A stretch of 64,000 nt of DNA. Source: an uncultured Bacteroidales bacterium. GTDB lineage: Bacteria; Bacteroidota; Bacteroidia; Bacteroidales; VadinHA17. The stretch is taken from assembly GCA_963733455.1 (NCBI GenBank), contig CAVTDE010000003.1, forward strand, positions 449,154 through 513,153, given 5' to 3'. Every line of letters begins with the position of its first letter. The stretch's first letter is position 1. Of this stretch, positions 16,970 to 29,000 are shown piece after piece. Under the pieces are notes generated by a model. That model did not search any database, had not been told where the DNA came from, and saw nothing but the letters and a program-made list of their open reading frames with translations. Made by a program: the position numbers and the translations under genes.

Positions 16970-18298
16970 CAATCCTTATCAAGATATTACAATTCTTATT
17001 GAGCCTTTCAATCCTTGTAATAATTCATGAATTCGGTCATTTTGTTTTTGCCAAGCTTTTCAAGACAAGGGTGGAGAAGTTTTATCTGTTTTTCGATCCC
17101 TGGTTTGCTCTCTTTAAGTTTAAAAAGGGTGAAACTGAATACGGTCTGGGATGGCTCCCGCTTGGAGGGTATGTAAAGATTTCGGGAATGATCGACGAAT
17201 CGATGGATAAGGAGCAGATGAAACAACCTGCACAACCATGGGAATTCAGGTCAAAGAGCTCAGGCCAGAGACTTGTCATTATGACCGGAGGCGTACTTTT
17301 TAATTTTATTTTTGCAGTGCTTATATATGTGAGTGTACTCTATTTTTGGGGTGATACCTATCTTCCGACAGCAAATGTAAAATACGGGATTACGACTGAT
17401 TCTGTGGGCTATGCGATCGGACTCAGGAACGGTGACAAGATCCTCTCTGTTGATAATCAAAAAATTGAAAACTTTGCACAGATCACCACCGACATTGTAC
17501 TTAATGACCGTAAATCGATACAGGTTGACCGTAACGGGGAGATCCTGAATATCCCGATTCCGGCTGAGTATGTCCCGCAGATGCTTAAAGGTAATGGACG
17601 GATCGAACCAAGGACCCCATTCAGTCCTTATATTATTTCAGGCTTTGCAAAAGTCTCTCCTGGGAAGGGCAGCAGGATTGCTCTCAGGGGATGAAGTACT
17701 GGGGCTTGACGGTCAAAGGTTTAGCTGGTATGATGAGTTTCAGGGATATCTTGCAGATCACAGAAGTCAATCTGTAACACTCAATGTGGTGCGGAAAGGG
17801 AAAGATCTGGATGTTCCGGTGGTCCCTACTTCAGCAGGATTCCTGGGGATAATGAGTTCCAGATCATTTGACAAAATATTTGACCTGAAGACTGTTAAAT
17901 ATGGTTTCTTCGAGTCGGTTCCGGCTGGTATATCCAAGGGTTTCAAAACGATAGGTGATTATCTTAAGCAGTTCAGACTTATCTTTTCAAGACACACAAA
18001 AGCGTACGAATCACTCGGAGGCTTTATCACCATCGGGAGTATTTTCCCCGGGGTATGGGACTGGCAGTCGTTCTGGAACCTTACAGCGCTTCTTTCAATT
18101 ATTCTGGCAGTAATGAATATTCTTCCGATCCCGGCACTCGACGGGGGACACGTTATGTTTTTACTGTATGAAGTAGTAACCGGGAGAAAGCCAAGCGACA
18201 AATTTCTTGAATATGCCCAGATAGCCGGGATGATAATACTTTTCTCGTTGCTTATTTTTGCAAACGGGAACGACATCTTAAGGCTGATAAGGAAATAA
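16966..18298 (+). pseudogene. rseP: RIP metalloprotease RseP (site-2 protease), interrupted by one +1 frameshift
   Basis: HEFGH at the N-terminus, a PDZ region and a C-terminal ...LNILPIPALDGGH motif. ORFs 16966-17694 and 17570-18298 join if one G is removed from a GGG run at 17662-17669 (gives ...GFAKVSPG[KR]AAGLLSGDEVLGLDGQ). Confidence 0.9.
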
Positions 18299-18356
18299 AG
18301 AAAGGATGGGGGAAAATATTATTTTTACTCTGGGTTGGATATAATTAAAGTATTTT

Positions 18357-18364
18357 TAACTTTG
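18357..18364 (+). promoter_or_regulatory. Candidate -7 box TAACTTTG upstream of tatA
   Basis: TAnnTTTG match 23 bp upstream of ATG 18388. Confidence 0.4.
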
Positions 18365-18387
18365 CAGGGAATCAAATACTAAAAGAA

Positions 18388-18570
18388 ATGGGAAAGATAG
18401 GTGTAACAGAGATAATATTGATTTTGCTTGTTGTTGTGCTGCTTTTCGGAGGCCGTAAGATTCCTGAGTTAATGAAAGGTATCGGACAGGGAATGAAGGA
18501 ATTCAAAAAAGCTTCGAAGTTTGATCCTGAAAGTGAAGGAAAAGAAGCCGCTAAGAAAGAAAATCTATAA
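18388..18570 (+). CDS. tatA: Twin-arginine translocase subunit TatA/E
   Basis: 60 aa with a TM helix followed by the FG hinge and an amphipathic helix ([31 protein letters not shown]). Confidence 0.9.
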   Translation: MGKIGVTEIILILLVVVLLFGGRKIPELMKGIGQGMKEFKKASKFDPESEGKEAAKKENL

Positions 18571-18590
18571 GAAAATATTCCGGATTTAGC

Positions 18591-18617
18591 AAGGCTGTCT
18601 CAACAGCCTTTTTTTAT
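18591..18617 (+). terminator. Rho-independent terminator after tatA
   Basis: Stem AAGGCTGT (18591-18598) / ACAGCCTT (18603-18610) with a 4-nt loop, followed by TTTTTTT. Confidence 0.8.
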
Positions 18618-18676
18618 TTTCATTTTTTATGTTCCACCCCCTGCCGGAATTTAACGGTGATCGATTAAGGGTGATT

Positions 18677-19765
18677 TTACAAAACTGGTTCGTATTTCTG
18701 GTTTCGCCTGACCGGTTCAAACCCTGCTTCCCTGATTACAGCCTGAATCTCTGCTGCATCAAAACGGTTGTGCGATCCTGCTGCACTTACGACGTTCTCC
18801 TCAATCATAATTGAACCAAGATCATTCGCGCCAGCATTTAGTGCCAACATTGCAACCTCCTTTCCTACAGTAAGCAATGATGCCTGTAAATTCCTGATAT
18901 TGTTCAGCATAATCCTGCTTACTGAGATCAGCCGGATATAATCAGGCCCGTTATAGCTGCTTTTTACTCCAAACTTTTCAGAAAGAAGAGTTCCCTCGTC
19001 CTGATAAGGCCATGGTATAAAAGTTATGAATCCATATTTCTCCTTTCCCTTTTCACTCTGGAGATCCCTTATCTTAATAAGGTGTCCGATCCTCTCGGCA
19101 ATGGTTTCAACATGTCCATACATCATTGTAGCTGAAGTGGGCAGATTAAGTTTGTGGGCTTCTTTCATCACACCTAGCCACTCCGAAGTTGTTGCCTTTG
19201 CGGGAGATACTATTTTACGGACCCTGTCGGAAAGTATTTCAGCACCCGCACCCGGCAGACTGTCCAGTCCGGCTTCGATGAGGCTTGAAAGGACTTCGGA
19301 ATATGATAATTTCTCTTTCCGTGAAAGATGAACAATTTCGGGCGGACCGAGAGCATGGAGCTTCAGATTGGGATAGATCTTCTTAAGGCTTCTGAAAAGA
19401 TCGGTGTAAAAACCAAGTCCCAGAGCGGGATTCATGCCCCCCTGAAGCAGAAGCTGGTCGCCGCCCAGCGCCATCAGCTCATCAATTTTTTCGATATACT
19501 CTTCCCTTGTGGTTATATATGAGTCGGATGAACCTTTCTTTCTGCAGAAATTACAAAAGTAACATTGCGAGAAACAGATATTTGTAATGTTTACATTCCT
19601 GTCAATAATCCAGCCGGCACTGTTGCCGGGATTATGGATCTGCCTGAGTCTGTTGCCGACAAATATAAGGTCTTCCAGGGGTGCATTCTCATAAAGGAAA
19701 ACCCCTTCTTCAGAAGTCAGAGGAACCAGCGCAAGTGCTTTTGTATATAGTTTTGCAGGATCCAT
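18677..19765 (-). CDS. CofH/MqnC/MqnE-family radical SAM enzyme (futalosine-pathway menaquinone biosynthesis, MqnC-like)
   Basis: 362 aa with a CxxxCxxC cluster motif (CFSQCYFCNFC), followed by LLLQGG.NP, GAGAEIL and FITFIPWPYQ segments typical of this subfamily. MqnC versus MqnE cannot be resolved by eye. Confidence 0.7.
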   Translation of the reverse strand: MDPAKLYTKALALVPLTSEEGVFLYENAPLEDLIFVGNRLRQIHNPGNSAGWIIDRNVNITNICFSQCYFCNFCRKKGSSDSYITTREEYIEKIDELMALGGDQLLLQGGMNPALGLGFYTDLFRSLKKIYPNLKLHALGPPEIVHLSRKEKLSYSEVLSSLIEAGLDSLPGAGAEILSDRVRKIVSPAKATTSEWLGVMKEAHKLNLPTSATMMYGHVETIAERIGHLIKIRDLQSEKGKEKYGFITFIPWPYQDEGTLLSEKFGVKSSYNGPDYIRLISVSRIMLNNIRNLQASLLTVGKEVAMLALNAGANDLGSIMIEENVVSAAGSHNRFDAAEIQAVIREAGFEPVRRNQKYEPVL

Positions 19766-19901
19766 TAAATTATATTAAAATTCTTTAAGCCCACTTTGGA
19801 AGGTGGGGGATGGTTTTCACTTGCAAAGGTAACTCAATCGGCTCTAAACAACAGATAATTTGATTAACTTTACGTCCTCTTATTCCGAAGACTATAAAAC
19901 T

Positions 19902-21359
19902 ATGAAACCAGAAATATCCCTCATATCGCAAATATCTCCCGATCAATCTGTTGTTTGTATAATCAGTAACGATGAGATCCCCGAAATCCTGAATCTGAGC
20001 AAGCCTGAAAAGGAATATGCAAAAAAGAAAATTGCTTCAAAGGAGGAGTATATTGTTATCAATTCCTACTTTAAGAATACTTACTTAATAAGAACTAAAG
20101 ACGGCATTCCCGGATATAAGGTCAGGGAGGAGTTAAGGAAAACAGCTTCCAACTTGCGGGATCTTATCAAATCCAATAATTTATCAGAACTTGTTATCAC
20201 CTCTGATCAGAGTTTTAAAGGAGCTGTGGAAGCATTTACTGAAGGACTTCTGTTGAGCTTCTATTCTTTTGGCAAGTACAAAACAAGGAAGGATAATGTT
20301 GAGAAAAAGAATTACCCTTCAAAGCTGCTATTATATGGAAATATTGAAGATCAGGATCTTAAATGGCTCATCGAACTGACCGACGCTGTTTACATGATAC
20401 GTGATCTTATAAATGAACCGGTTAACCATCTTAATGCTCCTGCCCTTGCTGAAGAGATAAAAAATATGGGCAGGATTGCCGGTTTCAGTGTTGAGGTCCT
20501 GAACAAAGGCAAAATTGAAGCGCTTAAAATGGGAGGCCTGCTTGCTGTCAACAAGGGGAGCGTCGATCCTCCGGTATTTTGTATCCTGGAATGGAAACCT
20601 GAAAAATACCTGAACAGTGATCCTGTAGTTCTGGTGGGTAAAGGTGTAGTTTATGATACAGGCGGCCTCAATATAAAGACCGGCGACTACATGGACAACA
20701 TGAAAGGCGACATGGCAGGCGCTGCAGCTGTATCAGGAGTCCTTTACACTATTGCCAGGACCGGAATCCCCCTTCATGTGATCGGACTTGTCCCGTCAAC
20801 CGATAACCGGCCGGGGGGTAATGCCTATACGCAGGGTGATATTATCACAATGCATAATAAAATGAGTGTCGAGATCGGCAATACCGATGCAGAGGGCAGG
20901 CTGATACTTGCTGATGCCATCAGTTATGCATCGAGGTTTAAACCCGAAATTATCATCGATATAGCAACACTCACAGGGTCAGCAGCCATGACCTTTGGAA
21001 ATCTGGCGATTGCCGTGATGGGAAATGCCGACAGAAAATATTTCAGTCTTCTTGAAGAGTGCGGGAAAGAAGTCTATGAAAGGACTGCCGAGCTTCCTTT
21101 CTGGGAAGAGTACGGCGAAATGATCAAATCCGACATGGCCGATATGAAGAATGTAGGAGGAAGAGAAGCGGGTGCAATCACCGCAGGCAAGTTTCTTGAA
21201 AAGTTTGCGGAATATCCCATGATCCACATGGATATTGCAGGACCGGGATCATTGAAAAAGGATGATTTTTACAGGTTAAAAGATGGACCCGGATCAGGAT
21301 TAAGATTGCTCTCCACCTTTTTAAAGCGGCTGGCAGAAAGTTATAAAGTGAAGAAATGA
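19902..21359 (+). CDS. pepA: Leucyl aminopeptidase (M17 family)
   Basis: VGKGVVYDTGG, MKGDMAGAAAV and NTDAEGRLILAD motifs. ATG 19902 (MKPEISL) is preferred over the TTG at 19860 used by the track. Confidence 0.93.
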   Translation: MKPEISLISQISPDQSVVCIISNDEIPEILNLSKPEKEYAKKKIASKEEYIVINSYFKNTYLIRTKDGIPGYKVREELRKTASNLRDLIKSNNLSELVITSDQSFKGAVEAFTEGLLLSFYSFGKYKTRKDNVEKKNYPSKLLLYGNIEDQDLKWLIELTDAVYMIRDLINEPVNHLNAPALAEEIKNMGRIAGFSVEVLNKGKIEALKMGGLLAVNKGSVDPPVFCILEWKPEKYLNSDPVVLVGKGVVYDTGGLNIKTGDYMDNMKGDMAGAAAVSGVLYTIARTGIPLHVIGLVPSTDNRPGGNAYTQGDIITMHNKMSVEIGNTDAEGRLILADAISYASRFKPEIIIDIATLTGSAAMTFGNLAIAVMGNADRKYFSLLEECGKEVYERTAELPFWEEYGEMIKSDMADMKNVGGREAGAITAGKFLEKFAEYPMIHMDIAGPGSLKKDDFYRLKDGPGSGLRLLSTFLKRLAESYKVKK

Positions 21360-21366
21360 CATTTTT

Positions 21367-22470
21367 ATGGAGAAAAAAGTAATAGTTGCAGGTATTTCAC
21401 AGGGCGATATCAATGGAATTGGCTATGAGGTAATAATTAAAACCCTCATAGACAATGAAATCAATGATATATGTGTCCCGGTGGTTTACGGGTCGCCCAA
21501 AGTAGCCGCCTATCATCGCAAGGCCTTGAATATTAATAATTTCAGCTTTAATAATATAAGGACAGCCGAAGAGGCAAATCCAAAAAAGGCCAACATGATC
21601 AACTGCCTCGACGATAATGTCAGGGTGGAACTTGGCAAATCTACTCAGCAGGGAGGTGAAGCCGCGCTGCTTTCTCTCGAGAAAGCAGTTGAGGACCTTA
21701 TGAAGGGCAAGATCGACGTTCTTATTACGGCGCCTATCGATAAGCAGAATATTCAGTCGGAAAACTTCCATTTTAACGGTCATACCGAGTACCTGAAGTC
21801 CAAATCCGGAGCTGACGATTCCCTGATGTTCATGATAGGGGAGAGTATGAGGATAGGAGTTGCAACCGGACATGTGCCTTTGAAAGATGTGCCTGAAATG
21901 ATTACTGCCGACCTCATCCTCAGGAAGCTCAGGCTGATGAACCAATCGCTTATCCTTGATTTTGCCATACGCCGTCCCAGAATAGCTGTTCTTGGCCTGA
22001 ATCCTCATGCCGGGGACAATTCCCTGCTGGGAACGGAGGAAGCTGAGATCATTATCCCGGCAATTCAGCAGTCAGTAAAAGAGGGGATTCTTGCATTCGG
22101 ACCCTATCCTGCCGATGGATTTTTCGGTGCCGGATCATTTACAAAGTTTGACGGGATTCTTTCAATGTACCACGATCAGGGTTTAACCCCGTTTAAAGCT
22201 TTATCATTTGACACTGGTGTAAATTTCACAGCTGGACTTCCGTTTATAAGGACTTCGCCCGTTCATGGAACAGCTTTCCCGATAGCAGGCAAGGGCGAAG
22301 CTTCGGAAAGCTCTTTCAGACAGGCAGTTTATCTGGCTTGCAAAATTTTCAGAAATCGCATTTTATATTCCGAAATCGCAAACAATCCGCTTAAACATCA
22401 GGATATTGAGATACATCATAATGACAGGGTCGACGAGTTGCCTCCCGATATTTTTAATTCTGACCAGTAA
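21367..22470 (+). CDS. pdxA: 4-hydroxythreonine-4-phosphate dehydrogenase
   Basis: 367 aa with GHTEYL, GLNPHAGD and SPVHGTAF.IAGKG motifs. Confidence 0.93.
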   Translation: MEKKVIVAGISQGDINGIGYEVIIKTLIDNEINDICVPVVYGSPKVAAYHRKALNINNFSFNNIRTAEEANPKKANMINCLDDNVRVELGKSTQQGGEAALLSLEKAVEDLMKGKIDVLITAPIDKQNIQSENFHFNGHTEYLKSKSGADDSLMFMIGESMRIGVATGHVPLKDVPEMITADLILRKLRLMNQSLILDFAIRRPRIAVLGLNPHAGDNSLLGTEEAEIIIPAIQQSVKEGILAFGPYPADGFFGAGSFTKFDGILSMYHDQGLTPFKALSFDTGVNFTAGLPFIRTSPVHGTAFPIAGKGEASESSFRQAVYLACKIFRNRILYSEIANNPLKHQDIEIHHNDRVDELPPDIFNSDQ

Positions 22471-22472
22471 AT

Positions 22473-23054
22473 ATGATAGACTACTTAAAAGGTAAAATAG
22501 CTGAGTTAAATCCTGCATACTTAATTCTTGAAAACGATGGCATAGGCTATTTTCTCAGCATCTCGCTTTCCACCTTTTCAAAACTTGAAGCGAAAACTGA
22601 ATTTAAGATCCTTGTTCATGAACTTATAAGGGAGGATTCCCATCAGCTTTTCGGGTTTGCTGATAAGGAAGAACGTGAAATATTTAGATTACTTATTTCT
22701 GTAACGGGAGTAGGAGCAGCTACTGCCAGAATGATGCTTTCTTCCCTTAGTCCGGGGGAGGTTGAAAAAGCTATTCTCGGCTCGGAAGTCGATATCCTCA
22801 AAGGGGTAAAGGGTATTGGAATGAAGACTGCTCAAAGGATCATTGTGGACCTCAAAGATAAACTTGGAAAACAGGCCGGAACTGGTGAAATATTTGCATT
22901 TACAGACAATACTAAGCGCGAAGAGGCGTTATCAGCTTTAGTGATGCTTGGGTTTGGTAAAAGCTCTGTCGTTAAAGTCCTTGATAAGATTGTCAGAGAA
23001 GATAAAAAGCTGACTGTCGAGGACTTAATTAAGAGAGCGCTTAAGAGTCTTTAA
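22473..23054 (+). CDS. ruvA: Holliday junction branch migration complex subunit RuvA
   Basis: 193 aa with the MIDYLKGKI... N-terminus, tandem HhH motifs (ISVTGVGAATARMML, LKGVKGIGMKTAQRII) and the C-terminal domain III. Confidence 0.95.
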   Translation: MIDYLKGKIAELNPAYLILENDGIGYFLSISLSTFSKLEAKTEFKILVHELIREDSHQLFGFADKEEREIFRLLISVTGVGAATARMMLSSLSPGEVEKAILGSEVDILKGVKGIGMKTAQRIIVDLKDKLGKQAGTGEIFAFTDNTKREEALSALVMLGFGKSSVVKVLDKIVREDKKLTVEDLIKRALKSL

Positions 23055-23072
23055 ATAAGAATAAAAGCTGGT

Positions 23073-26000
23073 TTGGGATCAGAGATATCACATAAGAATC
23101 TGCTGAATATATCGTGTTTTGTAATCTTCGTGTCTCTTTTTCTCTGGTCCGCCAGGGCAAGCGGCCAGGTTCCAAATCAAACCACTGTAACCGATACTGC
23201 CAGAAAATCCCCTTTAAAACTAAAAGATGTTTCAGGTATACCGTGGGAATCAGCGCCAAAGGCACCCCTGTTTCTCGATAATCCCTCAAATATAAAATCA
23301 ACGGTAGTCTACGATCCTGTAAAGAATGAATATATCATTTACCAGAAGGTAGGGATGTTTGATTACAGGACGCCCGTTCACATGACACCTGAAGAGTTTC
23401 GTAAATACCAGTACAACAAGGAAATGCGCGATTACTGGCAGTCGAGGATTTCAGGCAGGGAATCGGGCTTCAAATCGAGTCTTATCCCCCAGATTGAGGT
23501 AGGGGGTGCGGCCTTCGACAAGATCTTCGGAAGCAATGTAATAAATATAGTTCCCCAGGGATCGGCTGAGCTTATATTCGGAATCAATATTTCGAGGACT
23601 CAGAACCCGGCCCTTTCTGAAAAGTTAAGAACCATCCCTACTTTCGACTTCAAGGAGAAGATCCAGATGAATGTTACCGGTACAATTGGCGACAAGATGC
23701 AACTTGGAGTCAATTACAATACCGATGCGATGTTCGAATTTGAGAACAGGACAAAGCTTCAGTATTCCGGCAAGGAAGATGAGATTGTGAAGAAAGTTGA
23801 AGCAGGCGATGTTACCCTGCCTCTTACAGGAACGCTGATCACAGGCAGTTACAGCCTTTTCGGACTAAAAACCGAAATGCAGTTTGGCAAGCTGAATATG
23901 ACGACTGTTCTGTCGCAGCAGAAGGGTGAATCGTCGGTTATTGAAGTAAAGGGAGGAGCCCAGATCAGCGAATTTGAGCTCTATGCTGATGATTATGAGG
24001 CAAACCGTCACTTTTTCCTTTCACAGTACTTCAGGGATATCTACGATGATGCCCTTAAAAACCTCCCTGCTGTCAGTTCAGGAGTAAGCATTCAGAGGAT
24101 AGAAGTCTGGATCACAAACAAGACCAGCAGTTTTGACGAAACACGTAATATAGTAACCTTTGCCGACCTGGCCGAGAACGCCAGCCACGTTTATAATAAA
24201 ATCCCGGCTTTCCAGGCGCCATTCGGTGGTATCAAAAACCCGGATAATAACACAAACCGTCTTTATCAGGAGGTTGTCACTAACTATTCCACACTCAGGG
24301 ATGTTGACCAGGTCACTACAGCATTCAACTCACTGTATCCTGGTTTTCAGATAGGACGCGACTTTGAGAAGATCGAAAACGCCCGGAAACTGAACGACAG
24401 AGAGTACACCCTGAACAGCCAGCTCGGGTACATATCCCTTAACACTGCCCTGAACACTGATGAGGTCCTTGCAGTCGCTTTTGAGTATACGCTTAACGGT
24501 CAGGTGTATAAGGTCGGGGAATTCTCAACCGACGGAATCACAGCGCCCCAGACCCTTATACTTAAACTTCTGAAAGGGACCACCCTCAGCCCGAAATACC
24601 CGACATGGAACCTGATGATGAAGAACGTTTATTCGCTTGGTTCAGGGAAGCTTGAAAGCAATAATTTTCAGCTGAACATTCTTTATGAAGATGATAAGAC
24701 TGGTAATTCGATAAATTATCTTCCCGAAGGGAAACTGGGTAATAAAATTCTCCTGCAGGTTCTCGGCCTCGACAACCTCAACTCCCAGCTTGACCATGAA
24801 TCTGACGGCTACTTCGACTTTATCGATGGCGTCACTGTTAATATGAGCAGGGGAAAAATCATCTTTCCCGTTGTGGAACCCTTCGGCAGTTACCTTCGAA
24901 AGCAGATAGGAGATCCAATCATAGCGAATAAATATGTTTTCCAGGAATTGTACGATTCAACTCAGACACTTGCCCGTCAGATGGCTGAAAAGAACAAGTT
25001 CAAGATGATGGGTCAGTATACCTCCGAATCAGGGTCTGAGATAAGGCTTAATGCCACCAATATACCCCAGGGTGCGGTAAAGGTAACAGCAGGAGGAGTG
25101 ACTCTTGTTGAAAATACTGATTATACCGTTGACTACAACCTGGGAACCGTAACTATAATAAATTCTGCGCTCATTGAATCCCAGACGCCAATACAGGTAT
25201 CACTTGAAAGCAATCAGTTTTTTGGATTCCAGACCAAGACATTGCTTGGTACTCATCTCGACTACAAGTTCTCAAATAATTTCAATATAGGAGGAACCAT
25301 TCTGCATTTGAATGAAAGGCCGTATACCCAGAAAGTAAACTTTGGGGAGGAACCGATCTCAAATACAATATGGGGACTCAATACGTCCTACCGTGGGGAA
25401 TCCCAACTCCTCACAAAGCTTCTTGATAAAATACCCCTACTCGAAACCAAGACACCATCAAGCATCTCTTTTAACGGGGAATTTGCTGACCTTATCCCGG
25501 GTCATTCAAGGGCTATTTCAAATGCAGGAAACTCCTATATTGATGATTTTGAATCGAGTGAGATCCCACTTGACCTGAAGTCCTTTAATGCATGGTCTGT
25601 TTCAAGTGTCCCTCAGGGGCAGGATCAGCTCTTCCCCGAAGCAAGATTAAACAATAATCTTAATGCCGGCAACAACAGGGCTAAACTGAACTGGTATGTT
25701 ATTGATCCCCTGTTTTTGAGGAACGGATCTTCAACACCGGGTTATATCAAAGCCGATCCCAATCTGCAATCAAGTCATTTTGTAAGGGAGATATATGAAA
25801 ATGAGATCTTCCCGAACCGTGAAAGTACAAGTGGTATCCCAACAACCATATCGGTGCTAAATGTGGCCTTCTACCCGGGTGAGAAAGGACCTTACAATTT
25901 TGATTCCGAACCCGGACCACTCTCAAGAGGGATGAATGCAGACGGGAAGCTGAATGATCCGGAATCAAGGTGGGGCGGTATTATGAGAGAAGTCCTTACG

Positions 26001-29000
26001 AGCGATTTTGAAACAGCCAATATCCAGTACATAGAGTTCTGGATGATGGATCCCTTTGTTGAAAATCCAGCCCATCAGGGGGGCGATCTTTATTTCAACC
26101 TTGGAAATATTTCAGAAGATATCTTAAGAGATTCCCGTAAAAGTTTTGAAAATGGATTGCCAAACTCTGCTTTAGTTACAAATGTGGACACAACTTCCTG
26201 GGGAAGGGTCCCGACAGTACAATCAGTCGTACATGCCTTCGATAATAATAACGAATCGCGCCAGTTCCAGGATGTAGGACTTGATGGTCTTATGGACACC
26301 GACGAGCAGACCTTTTTCTCGGATTATCTTCAGAAATCAGCACTGATCACAACACCACAGGTGTATAATAAAATACTGGAGGACCCGGCAAGTGATGACT
26401 TCCATTATTTCAGAGGCTCGGATTATGACAACGAACAACTTGGGATTCTTGACAGGTATAAGAACTACAACGGATTGGAGGGCAACTCACCGACAGCTGA
26501 AATGTCATCAGAATCATACCCGACAACAGGTTCAACTTTGCCTGATATGGAAGATATCAACCGGGACAATACCCTAAGTGAAACGGAAAGCTATTACCAG
26601 TATAAGGTCAGTTTACGTCCGCAGAATATGGTTGTCGGTTCTAATTTCATAGTTGATGAAATCGAACATGAAGCAACACTTGCGAACGGTGATAAGTCAA
26701 AGGTAAAATGGTATCAGTTTAAGATCCCCATCACCGAATATCAGAAGACCGTTGGAGTGATAAGCGATTTTAAATCAATCCGGTTCATGAGGATGTTCCT
26801 TAAGGATTTTAGTGAACCAGTCATAATGCGTTTTGCCGAACTTAACCTGGTTAGGGCAGAATGGAGGAAATACAATATAGCCTTCATGGAAGGCGGGGAA
26901 CGGATAACGATTCCGGAGCCTACCGATGGATCATTTGGGATAAGCTCGGTCAGCATTGAGGAAAATGCAGGGAAAGACCCCGTAAACTATGTGCTTCCTC
27001 CCGGATTTGACAGGATAGTTGATCCTCAGAACCCACAGTTAAGGCAGCTTAATGAACAATCGATGGTTCTGAAAGTGCAGGATCTTGCCGACGGCGATGC
27101 ACGTGCAGCCTACAGGAATGTCAACCTCGACCTCAGGCAATACCGCAGCCTTAAAATGGAAGTCCATGCTGAAGCGCTTATCGGGCAACCTCTTTACGAC
27201 AATGAGCTGACGGCATTTATAAGGATCGGGACAGATTATAAATCCAACTTCTACGAATATGAAGTTCCATTAAAGCTTACTCCGCCAAAGCCTCCGGAAG
27301 GATATGATAATAAGTCAGATGTATCGAGAGCAATAGTATGGCCGGAAGCAAACAGGTTCAACATTATACTCTCTGTACTTCAGGATGCAAAGAAGGAACG
27401 GAACCGGCGCATGCAGGAACCGGGCACCTCTCTGAGCCTTTCAGATGTATTCGCCTTTGCTTCTGATTCAAATAAGGTTTATGTATGCGGGAATCCCAAC
27501 CTCAGTAATATTAAAGTCATAATGGTCGGGATAAGAAATCCCATTAAGACAAGGAACCGGGGATTTGATACCGGCGATCCCAAATCGGGTGAAGTTTGGG
27601 TGAATGAGCTGAGGCTGAGCGATTTTATTGAGAATGGAGGCTGGGCGGCCAATGCACATCTGCAGGCCCGGCTCGCCGATCTTGGTACTGTCGATATTGT
27701 AGGTCAGGCAAGTACTCCCGGATGGGGAAGCATCGACAAAAAAGTAAATGAACGAAGCAAGGAGGAGGTTCTGAAATATGATATCTCCTCAAGCATGGAA
27801 CTGGGCAAGTTCTTTCCCGAGGAGCTGGGTGTGCGTCTGCCGGTTTACGTTGGTTATTCGGAGACACGCATAAAACCACAGTTCAACCCTCTCGACCCTG
27901 ATATCAAGTTAAAGGAAGCTTTGAATGAAGCCCCGACCAAACAGGCAAGAGATTCCCTTAAATCGATCTCCGAGGATTACTCACGGCGAAAGACAATTTC
28001 GGTAAACAATGCCGGGATCACAAAACGGGGTGAGAAGGCGCGTGCCTGGGACCTGGCCAATTTCAGCGTGAACTATACTTATAATGAAAATTACAGGAGC
28101 AATACCAGGACCGAAATAGATCTTGAAAAGAATTACAAAGGCGGGATTAACTACAATTATGAAGCCCAGCCGGCGAACATAATGCCTTTTAAGAATGTGA
28201 AGTTCCTTAACTCGCCCATATTCAGGATAATAAAGGATTTTAATTTCTATGCATTCCCTAAGAGCATATCCTTCAGGACGGATATGTCACGATATTATAA
28301 TGAAGTGAAGACCAGAAACATAAATAATCCTTATCTTCTTATTCGACCGACTTTCAGAAAAGATATGGAATGGACAAGGATGTTCGACATAAAATATGAT
28401 GTTACACGTCAGCTGAAGATCGACTTTACCTCGACCAACATAGCAAGGATTGACGAACCTGAGGGAGGGGTTGACAAAAAGCGGTACAGGAGCGATTATG
28501 ACAACTGGCGCGATTCGGTGCTCACCAACCTTAAAAACTTCGGAAGGACAACCTCCTATAATCATTATTTCAATGTTACCTATAATCTGCCCGTCAACAA
28601 GCTTCCGATGCTTTCGTGGGTAAATGCCAATGCCAGATTTGGTTCCGATTATTCATGGATTGCAGGAGCTCTTTATCCCGATTCAATGAATATCAATCTG
28701 GGCAATACTATAAAGAATCATAATGAACTGACATTCTCAGCAATGGCAAACCTTTCGACACTTTATACAAAGTCGAGGTTCCTTAAGAACGTTGAGAATA
28801 ATACCCGTCCTGATGCAGTTCAAAGGATGAAGACTGAATTCAGGACTGTCAACTTCAACCGTTCAAATGTAAATTTCAAGGCGAATATTGTAAGAGGCCT
28901 TAACCATAACCTGAGAACCAAGGATGTTAAAGTGAAGATCCTTAAGAAGGATGGGACGGAGTTGCAGGGCAAGCTGGATATTGTTTCAGATAACAGGGTA

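Noticed and set aside
18629-18814. 61-aa plus-strand ORF after tatA
   Set aside because: It starts after the tatA terminator and runs antisense into the 3' end of the radical SAM (Mqn-like) gene. It has no independent support.
21397-22008. 203-aa ORF antisense to pdxA
   Set aside because: It lies entirely inside the well-supported pdxA CDS on the opposite strand, has no recognisable motifs and has low-complexity composition. It is a typical shadow ORF.
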